In this document: positions 1 through 14,024 of the stretch, in pieces
Position numbering within the stretch: position 1 is the first letter of the stretch
Layout of the letters: the number at the start of each line of letters is the position of its first letter
Origin: Octopus bimaculoides
Lineage: Eukaryota
Direction of reading: 5' to 3'
Length of the DNA: 54,669 nucleotides
NCBI RefSeq assembly: GCF_001194135.2
Contig: NC_069009.1
Location: 10,374,265 to 10,428,933 of the forward strand
The notes under the pieces: model-generated
The model's database searches: none
Told to the model about the DNA's origin: nothing
The model's input: the letters and a program-made list of their open reading frames with translations, nothing else
Made by a program: the position numbers and the translations under genes

Positions 1-556
1 TCATACCTCCCCTCCCCTCCCTCACTCCTCCCACTCCAAAGTAGCGTTTTATTGTTTGTGAATCTGTGTGTTTTAGTGTGAGTGTATTAATTAGATAAGA
101 GGTATATGACAGAGTGATAAATTAGGTTAACAATTTGATGTTTACATTTATGTCTCTGTGTAGGTGTAATATCTGTCTTCGTTCAAATAGTGCCTTGTTG
201 TATGTGAATATGTGTGAAATCCTCTGGCTACCTATAATCGAATGCGTTACAATTAACGAAAACAATTAATGCAAACATGTTTATGTACATATATCAGATT
301 TTTGTCTGTCTATGGATATGTGCCTGGACGTGTATCGAAATGTAAGTGCAATTCGGTCTGTATATCATATGCGGTGCTTAGTTATATCACCACTGATTAC
401 CAACCTATACTTCTTCTTCTTCTACTTCTTCTTCTTCTCCCCACCCCCTGCTGCTCCTCCTTCTTATTGTGACTTTCATGTTTTCTTTTTCACGATTTGT
501 GTAATTCGGACTGTATATCATGTACGGTGTTTACGTGTACATCACCACTGATTACA

Positions 557-587
<31 letters not shown>

Positions 588-857
588 CTTCTTCTTCTTC
601 TTCTTCTTCTTCTTCTTCTTCTTCTTCTTCTTCAAATTACCCTAATACCTACACTACTACCATCATTATCGTATCTTCCACCTTCAACTCCGCCTCCTCT
701 TCCCCATCACCGCTTTCATCATCATCACCTTCAACGTCATAATTGTCACCATTATCTACATGGAATTAATCATCATCATGTTCATCTAATTGTTTAGCAA
801 ACATCCGTTACAAATATGGCTTATACATTTTCTTATTAACTCAATTTTATGTTCCAG

Positions 858-929
858 ATACTTGAGTCATAATAATATCAAGGAAATCCAATCAGACACC
901 TTCCAAAATCTGTCCAGTTTAACAGATCT
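858..929 (+). CDS. LRR exon 1 (class D): [23 protein letters not shown](L)
   Basis: ttccag|72 nt|gtaagt. Confidence 0.88.
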
Positions 930-3297
930 GTAAGTTGAACCAGTTTTCTTTTTTAGTATTTCATTGACGATGTTCTTCTAAATCCGTAATATCTTGCCAT
1001 CCTTGATTGTAAGCACCCTCAGCCGTCTTACCACAGATGTGTTTTATAGTTTGTGAGTCTGCGTCTGCTAGTGTGTGTCCATTTATTTGATATGTGATAT
1101 ACGAGAGGTTCATAGATCAGGGAAAAGAAATGGTGCTTGCATTCTTATGTCTGTGTGTATGTTTAAAATCTGTCTTTGAACAAAATATGTGTTGCTCGTA
1201 AATATGTGTGAGGGCCTGTTATTTAGGCTTCGTATAGAGAGTGCCTGATAATGAACAGGAAAAATTAGTGCAAACAAGTTTATGCGCATATATCATATGT
1301 TTGTCTCTCTGTAGGATTGTGTGCCGGCGAATCTATCAAAATGTATGTGAAATTCGGTCCGTGTATCATACGGTGTTTACGTCAAGATCACTACTGATTG
1401 CCAACCTTCTTCTTCTTCTTCTTCTTCTTCTTCTTCTTCTTCTTCTTCTTCTTCTTCTTCTTCTTCTTCTTCTTCTATTTGTATTTGTTTTATTCATGGA
1501 AGACTCCTTCTTCTGTAAATATTCTATTTTTCCTTCTTTCCGTTTGCTTTGTTCTTTCTCTATTCTTTCTTGTTCTTCTTCATCACAACTGTCTGCTGTT
1601 ACTTCTTTTTCTATGTCTTAAATATTTGCTCTTCTTCAATATCATATTCTTCTTCATCACCATATTCGCCATCATCATAGTCATGTTAATCCATATCAAC
1701 ATCAAGATAATCAGCCTTAACAATACCACCCCCAGCATCAGCATGAGAGCATATTCCTCATCAAAACTACCATATAATCTCCACTGCCTCATCATCATAT
1801 TCATCACTTCCTCTATCACAAAATACCCTAATACCTACACTACTACCATCATTATCGTATCTTCCTCTTCCACCTCCGACTCCTCTTCCCCATCACCGCT
1901 TTCATCATCATCACCTTCAATATCATAATTGTCACCATTATCTACATGGAATTAATCATCATCACGTTCATCTAATTGTTTCGCAAACATCCGTTACAAA
2001 TATGGCTTATACATTTTCTTATTAACTCAATTTTATGTTCCAGATACTTGAGTCATAATAATATCAAGGAAATCCAATCAGACACCTTCCAAAATCTATC
2101 CAGTTTAACAGATCTGTAAGTTGAACCAGTTTTCTTTTTTAGTATTTCATTGACGATGTTCTTCTAAATCCGTAATATCTTGCCATCCTTGATTGTAAGC
2201 ACCCTCAGCCGTCTTACCACAGACGTGTTTTATAGTTTGTGAGTCTGCGTCTGCTAGTGTGTGTCCATTTATTTGATATGTGATATACGAGAGGTTCATA
2301 GATCAGGGAAAATAAATGGTGCTTGCATTCTTATGTCTGTGTGTATGTTTAAANNNNNNNNNNNNNNNNNNNNNNNNNNNNNNNNNNNNNNNNNNNNNNN
2401 NNNNNNNNNNNNNNNNNNNNNNNNNNNNNNNNNNNNNNNNNNNNNNNNNNNNNNNNNNNNNNNNNNNNNNNNNNNNNNNNNNNNNNNNNNNNNNNNNNNN
2501 NNNNNNNNNNNNNNNNNNNNNNNNNNNNNNNNNNNNNNNNNNNNNNNNNNNNNNNNNNNNNNNNNNNNNNNNNNNNNNNNNNNNNNNNNNNNNNNNNNNN
2601 NNNNNNNNNNNNNNNNNNNNNNNNNNNNNNNNNNNNNNNNNNNNNNNNNNNNNNNNNNNNNNNNNNNNNNNNNNNNNNNNNNNNNNNNNNNNNNNNNNNN
2701 NNNNNNNNNNNNNNNNNNNNNNNNNNNNNNNNGTTACAGATATTTGCAAAATAATAATATCGAAAAAATTGAAGTAAGGGCTTTCCATGACCTGCCCAGT
2801 TTAAAATTTCTGTAAGTTGGATAAGTCTTTTCTCATAAAATTTCATTGACAATATATTAATAAATATTCAAAACCTCATTAATATTCGCACCATATCCTT
2901 GTTCCTCCTTACATTCCCAATGTGTTTTGATAGAAATCTATGATTGTGAGCGTCTGTAAATATGTGTCTGTGAGTGTGTGAATCTGAATATGTGTTGGCA
3001 TGTATAATATTTTCTGTTCTAGCTGCCCTGCTAAATCTTCTTATACACTCGAACGTGTCCTCCTTTACAACTACGGATATTGTAGGGAAACCATCTGAGG
3101 CAAGGATGTGCATATCTCTATGTACGCGGAAATCTACCACTTTAGGATTTAATAAAAATTATAATGGGTCTTGGGTATTTTGGGGTCACCTTGTATGTTT
3201 ATGAATGTAAATATGAGTGAGAACCCTTTCTGGAGATGAGAAGTATGTAAGTATGTGACAATTAAGTAAATGAATTAGTTGAAACGTATATATATGC

Positions 3298-3344
<47 letters not shown>

Positions 3345-3447
3345 AATAATAAATGGAGCAAAACGCATATAATCAATAAGTTCCTTTTATATATATATGA
3401 ATGTATGTAAGTATGTTTCTGCGTATAATATATATGTATATAAGTTG

Positions 3448-3494
<47 letters not shown>

Positions 3495-3649
3495 TGTATA
3501 TATATGTTTGTGTGTGTATCTGTCTATCGGTATATCTGTATGTGTATGTATGAGTGCATCTAAGTGTAGCGAACTACATGAGTAATTCGGTCTGTATATC
3601 ATGTTCGGTGTCTGCATCAGAACTGATTGCCATCATAGACTTTAGTTAC

Positions 3650-3680
<31 letters not shown>

Positions 3681-6600
3681 CTTCTTCTTCTTCTTCTTCT
3701 TCTTCTTCTTCTTCTTCTTTTGTCTTTTCCTATTTTTCTTCTGCTCTTAATTTTCACTTTATTTTTCCCATCCGCTTCCCATCCCCTTCGTCATCCGCCG
3801 CCTCCTCTTCTTCCATCTTCTTTCTTTTCTTCTTTTCACCGCTTCTTTTTTCTTTTTTCTTTTTTCTTCTTTTTCTGCTTTTGATTTTCACTTTCCCTTT
3901 TTCATCCTCTTTCTATCCTCTTCTTCTTCTTCTTCTTCTCCCCCTCCTTCCACTTCTACTTGTTTCATTTCTTCTTTTCCTTTTCTCTTTTTTTCTTCTG
4001 TCTTTGATTTTCACTTTATTTTTCCTATCCGCTTCCCATCCTCTTCGTCATCCGCCGCCTCCTCTTCTTCAATCTTCCTTCTTTTCTTCTTTTCCTTTTC
4101 TCTTTTTTCCTTTTCTCTTTTTTCCTTCTGTCGTTGATTTTCACTTTCCTTTTCTCATGACTTTTTTATGTCTCATGACTTTTACATTTTCTCATTTCCC
4201 TATCATTCTCGTTGTTCTGTATTTGTCTAAACTGTATGTATGGAAAATACATCCTCATCTGCCGAAAACATCGTTGCTGTCCTCTTCACCGTCATCTCAT
4301 TTTTGTTGTTATCTTTCTCAAACATGGCCTACGTCAAGTTCATCATAACCCTCAACATCATTCATTACCACACCATACTGCTATCGGATGCAGAATCTTC
4401 GAAACATCATCATCACCAACATTAACATCCCGAACAACAGAATCATAGACATGCTAATCCCCCACATTATCTAAATAGTCAACTTTAACATCATCAGCAT
4501 CCTAACTTCTTCGTCAACGTCACTACACACCATATACCTTTCTTTACAGTATCCACTTCATATTCATCACAACCACCGCCACAACGTCCACCATCAACTC
4601 TACCACCACCATTATCCTTCTATTCTACCTTCTGCTTACCACCATCATCATAACTATTATTATCGTCATGGACGTCATTATCAGCGCCATGAACTTTATG
4701 GAAGAAATCATCATGGTAATCTAGACCTACTTCCCAATCGCTTCCGTCATCAAATTGTTTAGCCCAAATTCTATTACAAATATTTTCTATACAATTCCTT
4801 CGTAATTTAATTTTATGTTCCAGATCTTTGAGTTCTAATGATATCACAGAAATCAAAGCAGACACCTTCCAAAATCTGTCCAGTTTAACAAACCTGTAAG
4901 TTGAATCTGTTTTACTTTTTAGTATTTCAATGTTGATACATTTCTAAATCTCTAATATCTTTCCATCCTTCGTTTTAAGCTCTCTCACCCATCTTTCCAA
5001 AGATGTTTTATATTGTCTGTGAATCTGTGTGCGTGAGTGAGTGCCCATTTCTGAGTTATGGGATATATGAGGGCGCGATAGATCAGAGGAGTCATTCAGT
5101 GCATACATACGTGTGTCTCGTTTTATATGTTAATACTGTCTCTGTCCAAAATCTGTGTTTCTATTTCTCAATGCGTGTGAATGTGGTTGAGGAGCCGTTC
5201 CTCAAATTAGGAAAATAAGACAAGTAAAGGGAAAAATTAGTGCAAACGTTTTAATGTACACGCACACACACACACACATATACATGTGAAAAGGTATTAA
5301 TCTTCTCTCTTCGCTCCTTTGCACCACATGGGCTGAACTTTCCTCCCCTTGCCCCTCTCCACCTCCCACCCACCTTTTCTCTCTTGCTCCGACTCCTACT
5401 TCTCTTCACTCATACCCTCTTTATCTTCTCTCTTGTCTCTTTTCTCTCCTACCCACCTTCTCCTTCCCCTTTCATCGTCAACCCTCCCTCGTAAGCCAAC
5501 CCCACCCAACCTCAACCCCNNNNNNNNNNNNNNNNNNNNNNNNNNNNNNNNNNNNNNNNNNNNNNNNNNNNNNNNNNNNNNNNNNNNNNNNNNNNNNNNN
5601 NNNNNNNNNNNNNNNNNNNNNNNNNNNNNNNNNNNNNNNNNNNNNNNNNNNNNNNNNNNNNNNNNNNNNNNNNNNNNNNNNNNNNNNNNNNNNNNNNNNN
5701 NNNNNNNNNNNNNNNNNNNNNNNNNNNNNNNNNNNNNNNNNNNNNNNNNNNNNNNNNNNNNNNNNNNNNNNNNNNNNNNNNNNNNNNNNNNNNNNNNNNN
5801 NNNNNNNNNNNNNNNNNNNNNNNNNNNNNNNNNNNNNNNNNNNNNNNNNNNNNNNNNNNNNNNNNNNNNNNNNNNNNNNNNNNNNNNNNNNNNNNNNNNN
5901 NNNNNNNNNNNNNNNNNNNNNNNNNNNNNNNNNNNNNNNNNNNNNNNNNNNNNNNNNNNNNNNNNNNNNNNNNNNNNNNNNNNNNNNNNNNNNNNNNNNN
6001 NNNNNNNNNNNNNNNNNNNNNNNNNNNNNNNNNNNNNNNNNNNNNNNNNNNNNNNNNNNNNNNNNNNNNNNNNNNNNNNNNNNNNNNNNNNNNNNNNNNN
6101 NNNNNNNNNNNNNNNNNNNNNNNNNNNNNNNNNNNNNNNNNNNNNNNNNNNNNNNNNNNNNNNNNNNNNNNNNNNNNNNNNNNNNNNNNNNNNNNNNNNN
6201 NNNNNNNNNNNNNNNNNNNNNNNNNNNNNNNNNNNNNNNNNNNNNNNNNNNNNNNNNNNNNNNNNNNNNNNNNNNNNNNNNNNNNNNNNNNNNNNNNNNN
6301 NNNNNNNNNNNNNNNNNNNNNNNNNNNNNNNNNNNNNNNNNNNNNNNNNNNNNNNNNNNNNNNNNNNNNNNNNNNNNNNNNNNNNNNNNNNNNNNNNNNN
6401 NNNNNNNNNNNNNNNNNNNNNNNNNNNNNNNNNNNNNNNNCTTCTTCTTCTTCTTCTTCTTCTTCTTCTTCTTCTTCTTCTTCTTCTTCTTCTTCTTCTT
6501 CTTCTTCTTCTTCTTCTTCTTCTTCTTCTTCTTCAGCTTGCCCTTCTCATTCTTCTACATCTTCGTCTTCTTCGTTTTACTGTTCTTCCTCTCCATCTTA

Positions 6601-7913
6601 TGCGTCTGCATCGTGTTCTTCGTCTACTTCTTTTACGTTTCCTTATTCGTCTTCGTCTACTTCCTCTCCTTTGTCGTCTTCTTCATCATCATTATAATCA
6701 TCAATATCAACAGTATAATCAGTGTCATTAACTTTATATTATTAATCATAATCGCGATCTACTACCCACCCCTCATCATCTAATTGTTTCGCCAAAATTC
6801 TGTCAAAAATATGTTTTATATAATTCCTTCTTAACATAATTTTATGTTCCAGAGATTTACGTTCTAATAATATGAAGGAAATCAAAGCAGACACGTTCCG
6901 AAATCTGCCCAGTTTAACAAATCTGTAAGTTTAATCATTCTTTCTTAAACTATTTCGTTGACAATATATTTCTGAATCTGTACTATTTTCTCATCCTTCA
7001 CTGTAAGCGCCCTCATCTTTCCAAAGATAAGTTTTATTGTTTGCGAATATATGTGTGTGAGTGTGAGCTCATTTCTTAGTTATGCGATATATGAGAGCGT
7101 AATAGTTCAGGAGAACCATTTAGTGTATGCTTGTGTATGCTTGTGTATGCTTGTGTATGCTTGTGTATGCCTCTTCAATATTGTCAACTTCATAAATATT
7201 TGCATCATCTACCGCAACGTCTGTATTATCTTCATCAATCTATTCATCATCATGTTTTTATTTCTCTTATAACAGGTATTCGTTTAGCCATAATGTTTTA
7301 ATGTTATACAACACTTCTATGAATTTCGCCTCTGAAAATATATTTTATGTTACAGATATTTGCAAAATAATAATATCGAAAAAATTGAAGTAAGGGCTTT
7401 CCATGACCTGCCCAGTTTAAAATTTCTGTAAGTTGGATAAGTCTTTTCTCATAAAATTTCATTGACAATATATTAATAAATATTCAAAACCTCATTAATA
7501 TTCCCATCATATCCTTGTTCCTCCTTACATTCCCAATGTGTTTTGATAGAAATCTTTGATTGTGAGCGTCTGTAAATATGTGTCTGTGAGTGTGTGAATC
7601 TGAATATGTGTTGGCATGTATAATATTTTCTGTTCTAGCTGCCCTGCTAAATCTTCTTATACACTCGAACGTGTCCTCCTTTACAACTGCGGATATTGTA
7701 GGGAAACCATCTGAGGCATGAATGTGCATATCTCTATGTACGCGGAAATCTATCTCTTTAGGATTTAATAAGAATTATAATGGGTCCTGGGTTTTTTTGG
7801 GTCACCTTGTATGTTTATGAATGTAAATATGAATGAGAAGCCTTTCTGGAGATGAGAAGTATGTAAGTATGTGACAATTAAGTAAATAAATTAGTTGAAA
7901 CGTATATATATGC

Positions 7914-7946
<33 letters not shown>

Positions 7947-8802
7947 TGGATATATGTATTTGTCTGCTTATGCGAGTATATAACAATCTATCTGTAATTC
8001 AGTCTGTCTATCATGAACTCCTCGTCTGCATCCTCATCACCATCGTCCTTCACATTTTCATTCCCTACTCAATCATAAACACATCGAAGTTCATTATGGT
8101 CCGCTTCTTCATCAATAACATTCGTTACCACAACATACTGCCACCTGATGCTGAATCTTAAAGTCTATCATCATCATCATCATGAACGTTACTATCCACG
8201 CTTACATGATTAACAATATCATATTCAGCATCATCATAGATGTGCTAATTCCCGTCGTTATCAGAATAATCAACATTAACAACATCACCCCATCGTCAGC
8301 ATCTTAACATCTTCGTCGTCATCACTACAAACCCTATACTCTTCTCCCCTGTTTCATCAACATATTCCTGGCAACGATAACGTACACTATCTAATCCACC
8401 ACCGCCAAAATCCTACTATTCGACCTCCCCTTCATCATCATTATAATGATCAACATCAACATCATCAGCTATGAACTTTATGGAATTAATCATAGTCACG
8501 ATCTACATTCCGCCCCAACCATCATCTAATTGTTTCGCCAATCTTATGTCACAACCACATTCTTCACAATTCCATCTTAACTTAATATCATGTTCCAGAA
8601 ACTTGACTCTTAATGATATGAAGGAAATCAAAGCAGACGTCTTCCGAAATCTTCCCAAATTAACAAAGCTGTAAGTTAATTCATTCTTTCTTATACTATT
8701 TCGTTGACGTTGTATTTGTAAATTTGTACACCCTTCCCAACCTTCATTTGAAATTCCCTCACTTGTGTTTCCAAAGATGTGTTTTATTGTTTCCGAATAT
8801 GC

Positions 8803-8893
<91 letters not shown>

Positions 8894-10127
8894 GGAGAGA
8901 GTGAAAATGAGAGAGTGTGTCCATTTCTTAGTTATGTGATCTATGAGAGCGTTATAGTTCAGACGAACCATCTAGTGTATGCTTCTGTATGTCTCTGTGT
9001 ATGTGTAAAGTGTGGCTCTGTCCAAAGTGTATGATTTTGTATATTAATATGTATGAATGTAAGGGAGAATCTGTTCCTCAGATAATGGATATATGAAAGT
9101 GTGACAATTGAGGACACAAATTTCTGTGATGATTACATCTCCATCATCACTGATTACCAGCGTAGACTTTACTTATACTTGTTGTTGCTGTTGTAGGTCT
9201 TTGTCTTTTACTATTGTTTTTCTTCTTCTTCTTCTTCTTCTTCTTCATTGTCTTTTTCGATTTCTTTCTATTCTTATTCTTCCTCTTCTGATCCTTCTTT
9301 TTCTTCCCACATTTGTATTTTGAATATTCGATTCCTCACTTCTACTCATTTTACTTCTCTTCAGCGTTTGATGTTGCTGTTTCTCTTCTTGATTTTTTAC
9401 TGCTGCACCTCTTCAACTCACCCTCTTCTTCTCATCTTTTTATTAACCTACTTGTTTCAATTATTCTCCAAGCTTCTTTTTTTTATTCTTTATGCTGTCG
9501 TAATTTTCACATACATTTTCACCAATGCTTTATGTCTTCAAATCTTCAAAATTTCTGTCTTCATATTAATCATCACTATTATCAATATTGTCAACCTGAC
9601 AAATATTTGCACTATTTAGAGCAACGTCAGTATTATCTCCATCAATCTATTCATCATATTTTTTTTTCTTAGAGCAGGTATTCGTTTAGCCATAATATTT
9701 TATGTTATACAGCACTTCTATGAATTTCACCTTTGAAAATATATCTTATGTTACAGAGATTTGCAAAATAATAATATCGAAAACATTGGAGTAAGAGCTT
9801 TCCATGACCTGCCCAGTTTAAGCAGTCTGTAAGTTGACAATATACTAATAAATATTAATAATCTTCTCATTAATATTAGCCCCATTATCCTTGTCCCTCC
9901 CTACATTGTCAATGTGCTTTTATAGAGATGTGTGACTGCTTGTGAGAGTCTGTAAATATGTGTGTCTGTGAGTGTTTGAATCTGAAAATGTGTTGGCACG
10001 TATAATATTTTGTGCTCCACCCTTGATGCTAGATCTACTTACCCATTCGAACGTGTCTTCCTTTACAACTACGGATCTTCCTGTTACTACAACCACAGCA
10101 GCATCAATGATGATGACAACAACAACA

Positions 10128-10185
<58 letters not shown>

Positions 10186-12324
10186 GTTCCTATTTTCTAT
10201 CTTCTTCTTCGTTATCTTCTTCCTCTTCTTGTTCCTCTCCTCCTTTTTCTTTTCTCATCTATCTTCTTTTTTCCTGACTTTCACAATTTCTTCTTATTTC
10301 TTTACTTATTTATCAATCGCTAGATCTCCTGTTTCTCTAAATTCCATACTTTGTAAATCGCAACCATATCTGGAGCGGAAATTTTCGACGTTCTTGTCCA
10401 TGTCCTCATCATCGAAATCCTTATTTTCGTTGTTAAATATCTCGTTCATAAACGTCTCAGATTCATCATAGTCCTCTTCATCATCAACATCATTCATTAC
10501 CACAAAATGCTGCTATCATTTGAAGAATCTTCAAGACAACCATCACCATCGCCAACATTGACATCATCAACATCAATGTCATGTCCAGAATCACCATAGA
10601 TATGCTAAACCCCTTCATGAACAGAATAACATAAACGTCATCACCCCTATCATCATCATAAAATGTTTGTGATCATCACTTCACACTCTAGAGACTATCT
10701 CATCCGGGTACTCATCACTACCATGACGTCCACTATAAAATCTATTGCCAGAATTATACTTCGGCGCCACCCCCTCGTAATCATCATAATTACCACATTA
10801 TAATCATCATCATCATCAACATCAGCAACGGTGCTATGAACTTTATGGCATTAATCAACATCGCGTTCTGATTCCCATCGCTTCCATCATGTAATTGCTT
10901 AACCAGATTCTCTCACATATACGTTCTATACAATTGCTTATTACCTGAATTTTATGTTCCAGGAATTTAAGTTCAAATGATATGATAGCAATCAAAGCCG
11001 ACATCTTCCGAAATCTGTCCAGTTTAACAACTCTGTAAGTAGAATGAGTTCCACGCCAACCATCCTCTAATTGTTTAAACAAATATATTGTACATAATTC
11101 CTTCTTAACTCAATATTATCTTCCAGATACTTGCCATTTAATGATATGAACGAAATCAAAGCAGATACTTTCCGAAATCTGTCCAGTTTAACAAATCTGT
11201 AAGTGAAACCTTCTTTCTTATACTATTTCATTGACGATATATTCCTAAGCCTGTAATAGCTTCCCATCCTTCATTATAAGCTCTGTCACCCTTCTTCCGA
11301 AAGATGTGTTCCATTGTTTGCGATTATGTGTGTGGGTGTGTGCCCGTTTCTTAGTTACGTGATATACGAGAGCGTGATAGTTCAGGCGAAACATTTAGTG
11401 TATGCTTGTGTATGTCTCTGTGTATGTGTAAAGTCTGGCTCTGTCCAAAGTGTGTCCTTTTGTATATTAATACGTGTGAATGTGAATGAGAGTCTGTTCT
11501 TCAGGCAATAAATATATGAAAATGTGACAAGTGAGGAGAAACATTTGTGCGATGATCACTGCTCATCGCACGTAATCATCGCTGATCACCATGATAGACC
11601 TTACTTCTACTCATTCTAGGTTTTCTTGTTGCTGTTGTAGTTTCTTCTTCTTCTTCTTCTTCTTCTTCTTCTTCTTCTTCTTCTTCTTCTTCTTCTTCTT
11701 CTTCTTCTTCTTCTTCTTCTTCTTCTTCTTCTTCTTCTTCTTCTTCTTCTTCTTCTTCTTCTTCTTCTTCTTCTTCTTCTTCTTCTTCTTCTTCCCCTCC
11801 TTCTCCTTCTTCTTTTCCGTCTTCTGCTTGCTACTTTTCTTCGTCTTCATCTACCTTTTCTTCTTTTCCTTCATTATCTTTTACTTCTTTTTTATCTTCT
11901 TCACTCTTTATTTGTATATACACACATATGTTTTTGTGCGTTTCTTTGTGGCCGTGTGTGTGTATGTGTGGACGTTTCTGTTTGTGTGTGTGTAAATATC
12001 AATGATTTAACAATTTTGTCTCCACACTCCTTACCTTCTGTCTCTCAGTCTCCACCCAAATCCTTCTTCTTCTTCTTTGGACAGACGTGTGTTTGTGCCT
12101 ATATCCGAGTGTGGGTGAATGGGTATTCATGTTGATATTAGTATGTTTGCGAGTGTATCAGCCCTCATCATTTCAATAGGAAACCCAACAGCTTCTTGTT
12201 CGCTACATCATCAGTTCCATTATAGGATCGAGTGGCCAAGGGAATCATTAGCACGGACCACATTCGATTTCGGTTCAACTCCTCAGCTCCAATCCCCTAT
12301 TCTCTCTCTCTGCCATTGTATACG

Positions 12325-12364
<40 letters not shown>

Positions 12365-13026
12365 TATATATATATATATACATATATTCTTGTATGTTTG
12401 AAAATGCGGCGATTTGTCTATTTTGTGTGTTTGTGCTTCTCTGGTTCTTCGACTTCTTTCTCGTCCTCTTCTTCAATTACCTTTCTCCCTCTCTTCTTCT
12501 CCCCCTCCTTCTTCTCCATCTTTTCTTCTGGTAGCAACTTGTCTTTGTATTCGTCCTCATCTACCGCTTCTCTTTTTCCTTGATCCGCTTTTACTTCTTC
12601 TTTCTCACTTAGTATATTCACACATCTATATTCTTGTTTGTTTGTGAGTTTGTCAATGTGTGGATGTGTCTGTGTGACTCTGTGCGTTTGTATAAATATC
12701 AGCGATAATCATCAACAATGACTGTCCCTTCTTATTGTATTTATGTCTTCATTATTCATATTCCTTTTCCCCTTTGATAACCAGATCATTCGTCTTCTCC
12801 ATTTTACTCTCTTTCTTTGAAATTTCCATCTCTATGTAATTTTTCTCTTCTGTCTTAAACTATTTATATGTTGTGTAAGTTTTCTTTCTTTCGCGTTTTC
12901 ATCTTCTCCTTTAAATCTGACCACAAAATTTATACCTTGTTTTGTTACATTATCAATATCATTTCTTCTTCCTGTCCTGCTTTTCATTCTTCATTTTCTT
13001 CTTGTTACTTCAGCCTTCATCTTCTT

Positions 13027-13086
<60 letters not shown>

Positions 13087-13968
13087 TCTCGTCTATTTTT
13101 TCTTTATCTTCCTCTTCTCATTCTTCTCTTTCTTCCTCTCGCTCTTCTCTTCATCATCATCATCATCATCATCATTACCATCCTTTACACAACAGTCCCG
13201 TGTTATTCTCCATATTCTTCTTCGTTTTCTGTTTCTTCTTTGTTTCATCCCACTTCTCGCATTTTTATTCTACATATTCGACTCCTCATTTCTACTCCTC
13301 TTACTTCATTTCTGCATTTTGATGTTTCTCTTCTTTTTCATCTTCTACTCCAGTCCATCGTCACATCTCCCTCTTTCTTCTCTTCATCTTATACTCCTCA
13401 TGACTTTAATTTTTCTCCGTGCTCTTTTTCTTTTTAATTATTACGTTGTCAAAATTTTCACATACATTCTCCAACACTATTTTACATTTTCAATCATTCA
13501 TGGTCTCTTTTTTCATATTAATCATCACTATTATTAATATTATCAATGTCACAAATATTTGCACCATCTACAGCAACGTCACTATTATCGTCATCAACCT
13601 ATTCATCATCAAAGTCTTTTACTTCCAGCAGGTACTCGTTTAGCCATAATATTTTATGTTATACAAAAAGTTTATGAATTTCACCTATGAAAATATATTT
13701 TATGTTACAGATATTTGCAAAATAACAATATTGAAAAAATTGACGTAAGAGCTTTGCATAATCTGCCCAGTTTAAGTTCTCTGTAAGTTGGATATGTCTT
13801 GTTCATAAAATTTCATTTACAATATACTACTAAATATTCCCAATATTCTAATTCATATTCGCCACATCTCCTTGTCTCTCTCTACATTCTCAATGTCATA
13901 TTAAGAATTCCCAGAGACATGCTAAACCCATCATTAACAGAATAATCAGCATTAACAACATCACTCCT

Positions 13969-14024
<56 letters not shown>

